In this document: piece by piece, positions 58,206-64,000 of the stretch | How the letters are laid out: each line of letters starts with the position of its first letter | Numbering within the stretch: position 1 is the stretch's first letter | DNA from: Staphylococcus phage AH12 | Sequence record: OR455461.1 | Direction: 5' to 3' (one strand) | Length of the DNA stretch: 64,000 nt | Notes under the pieces: model-generated | What the model was told of the DNA's origin: nothing | Databases searched by the model: none | What the model saw: only the letters and a program-made list of their open reading frames with translations | Program-made: the position numbers and the translations under genes

Positions 58206-58340
58206 GTCATTTATCTTTACTATATTCATTTTATAGATGAGACTATATCTTCTTTGCCATATATTTAGTCGTTGAACAATTCAATTGATGCTGATCAACT
58301 TTAAATGTCTTTTCAGCAGTTAATATGATTTTAATTGAGC
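58206..58340 (-). ncRNA. ultra-compact group I intron (beta #2, core 58242-58325)
   Basis: P/Q/R/S core with correlated P and Q substitutions (CTGCTGA / GATCAGCATC). P9 hairpin CTATAaaatgaaTATAG. Confidence 0.45.
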
Positions 58341-60026
58341 TCATACATAAGTTAACCCAACTGGTACTTTATATCTAGTTCTTAATGGATCTTCTTTATT
58401 TCCATCATGTCTATAATAAACAAATTCATTCATAGGAACTTCTAATTTGTCTAAAGCTTCTTGTATTTGATTAATATCAGCTTCAGATTTATTAGGTAAA
58501 ACTTCTATATAGAAATTCTCATCACTATTTATGAAACGTTTAATATATCTCATAAATTCTTCATCATTCATTTCATCGTAAAATGATTTATAATTTCTCA
58601 TATTACTTTGATCTTTATCTAATGAAGATATAACATCAAGTATTTTATTTTGAATTTCTTGACGTTTCTTTTTATTGTCGCTTACTGCTTCATTTAAGAT
58701 TGATTCTGGTTCTAGAATAGTTTCATTTAAAGTATTTTCATTGAATTCCATAAAGAATCTTTCGATTATTTCTATATCACTAGATATTGCTTTTTGGAAT
58801 TCAAAACTAGCAGGAATTTCTTTAACACTAAATTTGAATTCTCCATTATCTTTAACATTCTCATCGAAACCAAATTTGTCTGCACTATATCTATTAATAT
58901 CTTCCATATTACCAAATATAATTGGACTATCAATACTAAAGTCTGCTAATACATATCCTTGTCCATTATATGACACAGGGAAAAGTTTTATTCTATTTTT
59001 AGATGGTTCTACATATGAAATTAACTCTATAGATTTGATCCCTAATTTCTTTTCCAATATTTTAAAATAAAGTAAAGATAATAGGTTAGGATTTATTCTT
59101 CCTTGATCTGGTTTAATAGAGAAGTTTTTATCTAATATCATTGAAGGAGTTACTGTATAATATACTTCTTCAGATTTATCTTCAGTAAATACAGGTTTAG
59201 AATTTTTAGTTTTATTATATAGGTAATTAAAAACATCTAATTCATTTTCTAATTGATACTCATAAATTATATCATTTAATTTATTATCAAATTCATAGTC
59301 TCCATAGAATTTATAGATGTCAGTTTCATTATATTTCAAAACTTCTTTATTTGTGAATAAAGGTGAATTGAGTACATTATTCTCTGTAAATATTTTATTG
59401 TATATAATATCTTCTTTAGAATCTGAGAAAATATTATTTCCCATAGATTCTAAAACTTTTACTAAAGTTCTTAATTTAGCATCATTATAGAAATTATACT
59501 TATCTTTATTATAACTTACATATTCTTCAGAATTTAAATACTCACTAAAATCTTTTCTTTTAGTTGAATCTTTACTTAGAAATCTAACTTTAGTAACTTC
59601 TGTAAGCTTATCAATATCATTCAAAATAGTTTTAATACTGCCAGTATCGTTAATAACGATAGGATTTCCACCTTTATAATCTCCAGCATAATCTATTAAT
59701 ATATCTTCTTCTCTACTCTTTTGATTTTGAAGAACGATGAATCTAATTTGTGTATTATCATTAAAATACTTAATTAAACTAATATCAAACCAACAAGAAT
59801 TTCCTTTTTTATCATGAATTTGATTTTCATTATAATCTAATAGAAAATCTATTTCTGATTCAGTGACTAATATTTCTGTTTCATTCACTAAATCAATAGG
59901 AGATTTAATTACACTGATATTATCTGATCCACATTCAGAACAAGATGTAATATCTTCATTATATTCTTGAACTTTGCTACAAGAATTACATCTAACGTAT
60001 TTATTTTTCAATTCATTCACTTCCAA
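58341..60026 (-). CDS. RNA polymerase beta C-terminal gene #2, exon 1 (N-terminal Zn ribbon; AGDYKGG and ..[19 protein letters not shown] blocks)
   Basis: [14 protein letters not shown] aligns to [40 protein letters not shown] aligns to [22 protein letters not shown]. The ORF ends where gene #1 is also interrupted. Confidence 0.5.
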   Translation of the reverse strand: [561 protein letters not shown]

Positions 60027-60088
60027 TTCTTTTTATTTCTTAATATGATGATGTTTCTTTACAAATTTACCAAAAAATTAAATAAAAT

Positions 60089-60147
60089 AGGTAATGACCA
60101 AATTAATGATCATTACCTGTATTTAATATTATTTATAATGAATATAC
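60089..60147 (-). promoter_or_regulatory. GGTAATGAC-type hairpin + AT-rich TATAAT-like element
   Basis: AGGTAATGACCAAATTAATGATCATTACCT followed by GTATTTAATATTATTTATAATG. Confidence 0.35.
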
Positions 60148-60172
60148 TTTACTAATTACAAATCAAACTTTT

Positions 60173-63100
60173 TTAATTTGTTTTAATAATTGATGCATCA
60201 ACACAATACTCACTATCATTTAATTTCATTAAAGGATTTCCGAAAGTTGTACGTTTATAAGTGTTTATTTCAGATAAAGGTACATTGATAGTTTTATTTT
60301 CAGTAACTAATAATAGATTGTCTTCTTCATCATTATCAATCATACTAATGTACATTACTGAATCTTTATCATCTTTAAATTTAGCTGCAATAACTCCTTT
60401 AATTGATCTAGATTTAACTGGTATCTCATCTATTTCAACTTTCTTAGCTAAACTTTTATGAGTGACAATTAGTACTTTATCTTGACCTGAATCAATGACA
60501 GTTGAAGCAACCTTATTATTTTTATTAATTGTAGTATTACTGAAAATAGCTGATCCTATAGTTGTTCGTTTTTGAACTGGAACTAACTCATGAGAGAATC
60601 TAATCATATTTCCCTTTTCAGATATCGCAACTAAATTAAAAGGTTTCTTAGAGTGTACATTATGAACATTTACAACTCTATCATCTTCATTAAGCTTAAT
60701 TAAAATTACTCCTGATCTACTAATTTCTTCAACCATAACCATTTTAATTTTATTTAATTCAGTAGTGACTACAAAAGCTGTATCTGGGTCTTTTAATTCT
60801 TCATCAGTTAATGTGAAAGCTTTAACGATATTTTCTTTTTTAGTAAATCTAGTAATATCTTTACCAAAGTTATTTAATGATTTAATTTCTGGGAATTCAT
60901 ATACCTTATCATAGAATAACTTACCTTGATCTGTTACTAGGAATAAATTATCTTTACTATTAGCGTTGAATATATTTAGAGGTACATCTCCATCAGATAA
61001 TTTGCCAATACTAATACCTTTACCATTACGTTTTTGAGGTTTACTCACTTCAGCTTTAACCTTTTTAATTTTACCCTGTTTAGTTATAATGACCATGAAT
61101 TCTTCATCTTTAACTAATAAATCTTTATTGTCTGATTTAAAATCTAAATCGGAATATTTAGTAATTCTAGTTCTCTTAAGTGTATTTTTATCTTTCTTAA
61201 TTTCTTTTAATTCTTCTACAATAAGATTTTTTAGTTTATTAACATCTTTCATGTATTCCATTTCAGAATTAACTATTTCTTCTTTTTCATTCTTTTCTTC
61301 AATAAGTTTATTTACTTCAAGATTATTAATTGTATATAGCTTCATATCAGCTACATATGCTGCTTGAGCATGTGATATATTAAATTTCTTACTAACTGTA
61401 TCAATAATATCTTCTTTACCTTTACCAGACTTAACAATCTTAATTAATTGATCTATATTCTTAGAATCTAATACAACTAGCAATCCTTCTATAATATGAA
61501 TACGACTTCTTAAATCTTTAATTTTAAATGACTTAATACGTTTAACAGTAGATTGTCTAAATTCAATCCATCTATCAAGAATATTTAATAAATTAGTTTC
61601 AATAAGCTTATTATTATCTACTAATTTAATATCAAAATTAACTCTAGAAGTTACAGTTTTAATTTTATATAATTGATTAAGTGCTAAATCTAAGTCTGTC
61701 GATTTTGTATATTGTAATATTAAATTAACATTACCTTTTTGAGATCCATCAGAAATATTCTTAAGTCCATCTAATCTTTCTTCTTTATAAGCTTCTTTAA
61801 TAGCTTCAATCATTCTTTCTAAAGTTATATTATATGGAATTTCTGTTATTGTTAATGTAGATTTACTTTCATCTTTTTCAATAACTGATCTTAATAACAT
61901 TGATCCTTTTCCTGTTCGATAATATTTCTCTAGATCATCTACATAAGCTTCTCCACCATAAGGAAATTGTGGTCTAAAATTATTATCTTTAATTAATGTC
62001 TTCAATTGTTTATTAGGATTTTTAAGTCTATCAATAGTAATATTAACTACATCATTAATATCATGTGGAGGTAAATCAGAACGATGTCCTCCTCCACCAA
62101 TACCAAAACTACCATTGACTAATATATAAGGTAATTTAGAAGGTAACACTAAAGGTTCTAACATTGATCCATCAAAGTTTTTAACCATATTAACTGCATT
62201 ATCATTGATATTATCTAATAAGTTTCTTTCTGAGAACTTATTCAATCTCATCTCTGTATTATGGTGAATAAAACCTTCAGCCATAAATGAGTGGTCTTCA
62301 GTATCAACTCTAATTGAGTATACAGTTTCTTCTTCATCTAAAGATTTAATAGATTTAACTTTATCAAAATATGTGTTATTATCTAAATACTTAGATATGA
62401 ATAATAGTAAGTGATCATTATCCAATATTTCAATACCATATTCTTCCTCTAATAGATTAAAATTATTTAAGAAATTCTTTCTTGTATTGAATAATTCTGG
62501 ATAAAAGTAATTAGTCATTTTTCTTTCATCTAATACTTCATCTAAGAAAGGTATAATTTGATATTTATTAGGTTTATCATCTCTGTACATATCTATTATA
62601 CTTTCGATTTTACTATTATATAGTTCATCATCTTTAATTAAATGATTAACTAAGTTTTTAAGTGAATGAATATCTTGTATTTGTAGTCTAAACGTATCAG
62701 TACTGAATTCATTTATCACAGAATATATTCCAAATTGAGATAATAATACAGATATTTCTTGCATAAATCGTTTACTATAACTTTCTATAATTAAACCAAC
62801 ATTATCTACAATCTCACTATCTTGTCTAAATAATTCCATTAAAAATTCTCTTTTATATCCTAAACAAGCTTCAAGAATTTTATCAGGTAATATTTTTTCA
62901 GTCTCAATAGATTTCATTAAAATTCCATATTCAGGGTCTAAAGTCTTTTTAAAATATTTTTGAGATAAAAGTTCTCCCCATTTTCTAAAGCTCTCTTTTT
63001 CATTATCATTTAGATTTTTACTTCTGAAATCCTTAAGATCATTCTTTTGTAAAGTTCTATTTATCAAGTAATCATCTTCATTAATTTCATCCATTGTCTT

Positions 63101-63727
63101 CCATTTAAAGTCTAAACCTTTACTTTCATGTTTAGTAATAGTTAATAAAGGATGATTTGATGTTGCTTTAATATTCTTACCAGATTCAGTTTCTAATTCC
63201 ATTACTTTATGTTTTCCTGAATTAAAGAACTTACTAGCTTTTACTGATTTTCTTCTAAAATCTTTTACTACTTTATCAATATTATGTGTAGTATCTAAAT
63301 CTGTATTAGGTACAATATCTTTAATACGTTTTAGTTCACCTTCAGATAATTCTACAATATGATTTCCTGTTAAACAATAACGTGAAGCGGCTGCAGAAGC
63401 TCCTGTAATAGAACCAAATGCACCATGTCCTTCAATTAATGGTTGGTTCATAGAAAACGGTGTAATCATATTAACAGCAGAATCATAAATACCATCATTA
63501 CTATGTGGATGTAATATAGTAGTATCACCAGCAATTCTAGCAGATTTAGCAAATTTCTTATCGGATCTATAACCGTTTTTATACATAATGTATAATATTT
63601 TTCTTTGAATAGGTTTCAAACCATCTCTAATATCTGGTATTTGACGATTTGTATTAATCTCATTAAAATAAATCATCATATTATCATGAACTACTTCTTT
63701 TAAATCTTTCTTAAAAATCTCTGCCAT
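60173..63727 (-). CDS. type IIA topoisomerase subunit A (GyrA/ParC-like) precursor containing an intein
   Basis: N-terminal RDGLKPIQRKILY and GDTTILHPHSNDGIYDSAVNM, then AASRY (catalytic tyrosine). C-terminal GyrA-box-like QKRNGKGISIG and beta-pinwheel-like repeats. Confidence 0.75.
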   Translation of the reverse strand: MAEIFKKDLKEVVHDNMMIYFNEINTNRQIPDIRDGLKPIQRKILYIMYKNGYRSDKKFAKSARIAGDTTILHPHSNDGIYDSAVNMITPFSMNQPLIEGHGAFGSITGASAAASRYCLTGNHIVELSEGELKRIKDIVPNTDLDTTHNIDKVVKDFRRKSVKASKFFNSGKHKVMELETESGKNIKATSNHPLLTITKHESKGLDFKWKTMDEINEDDYLINRTLQKNDLKDFRSKNLNDNEKESFRKWGELLSQKYFKKTLDPEYGILMKSIETEKILPDKILEACLGYKREFLMELFRQDSEIVDNVGLIIESYSKRFMQEISVLLSQFGIYSVINEFSTDTFRLQIQDIHSLKNLVNHLIKDDELYNSKIESIIDMYRDDKPNKYQIIPFLDEVLDERKMTNYFYPELFNTRKNFLNNFNLLEEEYGIEILDNDHLLLFISKYLDNNTYFDKVKSIKSLDEEETVYSIRVDTEDHSFMAEGFIHHNTEMRLNKFSERNLLDNINDNAVNMVKNFDGSMLEPLVLPSKLPYILVNGSFGIGGGGHRSDLPPHDINDVVNITIDRLKNPNKQLKTLIKDNNFRPQFPYGGEAYVDDLEKYYRTGKGSMLLRSVIEKDESKSTLTITEIPYNITLERMIEAIKEAYKEERLDGLKNISDGSQKGNVNLILQYTKSTDLDLALNQLYKIKTVTSRVNFDIKLVDNNKLIETNLLNILDRWIEFRQSTVKRIKSFKIKDLRSRIHIIEGLLVVLDSKNIDQLIKIVKSGKGKEDIIDTVSKKFNISHAQAAYVADMKLYTINNLEVNKLIEEKNEKEEIVNSEMEYMKDVNKLKNLIVEELKEIKKDKNTLKRTRITKYSDLDFKSDNKDLLVKDEEFMVIITKQGKIKKVKAEVSKPQKRNGKGISIGKLSDGDVPLNIFNANSKDNLFLVTDQGKLFYDKVYEFPEIKSLNNFGKDITRFTKKENIVKAFTLTDEELKDPDTAFVVTTELNKIKMVMVEEISRSGVILIKLNEDDRVVNVHNVHSKKPFNLVAISEKGNMIRFSHELVPVQKRTTIGSAIFSNTTINKNNKVASTVIDSGQDKVLIVTHKSLAKKVEIDEIPVKSRSIKGVIAAKFKDDKDSVMYISMIDNDEEDNLLLVTENKTINVPLSEINTYKRTTFGNPLMKLNDSEYCVDASIIKTN
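62258..63376 (-). mobile_element. intein (373 aa) inserted immediately after the catalytic Tyr of the topoisomerase (AASRY | C...HN | TEMRL)
   Basis: Starts with Cys (CLTGNHIV, block A). TxxH block B (ATSNHPLL). Ends ...SFMAEGFIHHN followed by Thr. The exteins rejoin to AASRYTEMRLNKF, the canonical GyrA active-site context. The central region is large enough for a homing-endonuclease domain. Confidence 0.7.
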
Positions 63728-63786
63728 TATCTATGTCATCCTTTACTTTTAAGTATTATAAATTCTCGTTAATTATATTTTTTAAA

Positions 63787-63826
63787 TAAATTAAACCTAA
63801 TACCCATTTTTATTATAGGTATTAGG
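63787..63826. terminator. hairpin terminator
   Basis: AACCTAATACC...GGTATTAGGTT inverted repeat with an AT-rich loop, located between gene ends. Confidence 0.45.
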
Positions 63827-63833
63827 TTAGTTA

Positions 63834-64000
63834 TCAATCATCTTTATTATTACATTTGTTCTTTTTAATTTTATCTTTAGTTTTTTTAATTCTAAAAATA
63901 ATAAAAGATATAACTAATGCTAATATAAGTGATAGGGTTAAAAAATTAATAATCCCATCATTATTATCTACATGGAATTCATCAACTGCATTTTCAGTAA
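63834..64000 (-). CDS. C-terminal fragment of a membrane protein (N-terminus beyond the window)
   Basis: Open frame ...DNNDGIINFLTLSLILALVISFIIFRIKKTKDKIKKNKCNNKDD* running off the window edge. Confidence 0.4.
   Translation of the reverse strand, partial: TENAVDEFHVDNNDGIINFLTLSLILALVISFIIFRIKKTKDKIKKNKCNNKDD

Noticed and set aside
22680-58330. The ~100-nt repeats (AGACTATATC...TAGTCGTTGAAC...GATGCTGATTA...CTCAGCAATTAAT) as REP/MITE-type mobile repeats, a CRISPR-like array or DNA-level regulatory palindromes.
   Set aside because: Spacing between copies is irregular, so it is not a CRISPR array. Every copy sits inside a coding-sequence gap. On the sense strand they match group I intron P/Q/R/S elements with compensatory and G-U-tolerant substitutions.

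Overview
This is a very AT-rich, densely packed segment of phage-like DNA. It resembles an AR9/PBS1/phiKZ-type jumbo phage of a low-GC Gram-positive host. Almost all genes are on the minus strand. I recognise these genes:
- A split multisubunit RNA polymerase beta N-terminal part at 24124-25746.
- A beta-prime N-terminal part at 22448-24120, followed by further beta-prime fragments at 22255-22455 and 21612-22187.
- Two separate beta C-terminal genes (38249-42814 and 57451-60026), which suggests two phage RNA polymerases.
- A GyrA/ParC-like topoisomerase subunit carrying a 373-aa intein at the catalytic tyrosine (60173-63727).
- An NAD-dependent DNA ligase (30672-32717).
- A RecA-like ATPase (42971-44290).
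- A Zn-ribbon + TOPRIM primase (19891-20952).
- An HU/TF1-like histone-like protein on the plus strand (25908-26240).
- A tail-fibre-like protein (1-1272).
- Several lipoproteins.

The main discovery is that the window holds 11 copies of a ~100-nt repeat that carries the conserved group I intron core elements in order: P (AATTGCTGAG), Q (AATCAGCATC), R (GTTCAACGACTAAAT) and S (GATATAGTC), plus P3, P6, P8 and P9 hairpins with compensatory base changes. Every copy sits in a gap that interrupts an RNA polymerase beta or beta-prime gene. Read as ultra-compact group I introns of about 135-200 nt, these would be chained behind each other and separated by micro-exons, the shortest a proposed 6 nt. 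One intron carries a homing-endonuclease ORF in its P6 loop.

Other notable structure:
- Large paralogous gene families: an MKYYKL ... KEYxNNKIKxTFK family, a triplicated membrane protein, a triplicated anchored low-complexity protein, and a duplicated gene cassette.
- A recurring intergenic element, a hairpin next to the 12-mer TATATATTATAA, which is a candidate phage-RNAP promoter or processing signal.

No rRNA, tRNA or CRISPR array was recognised.
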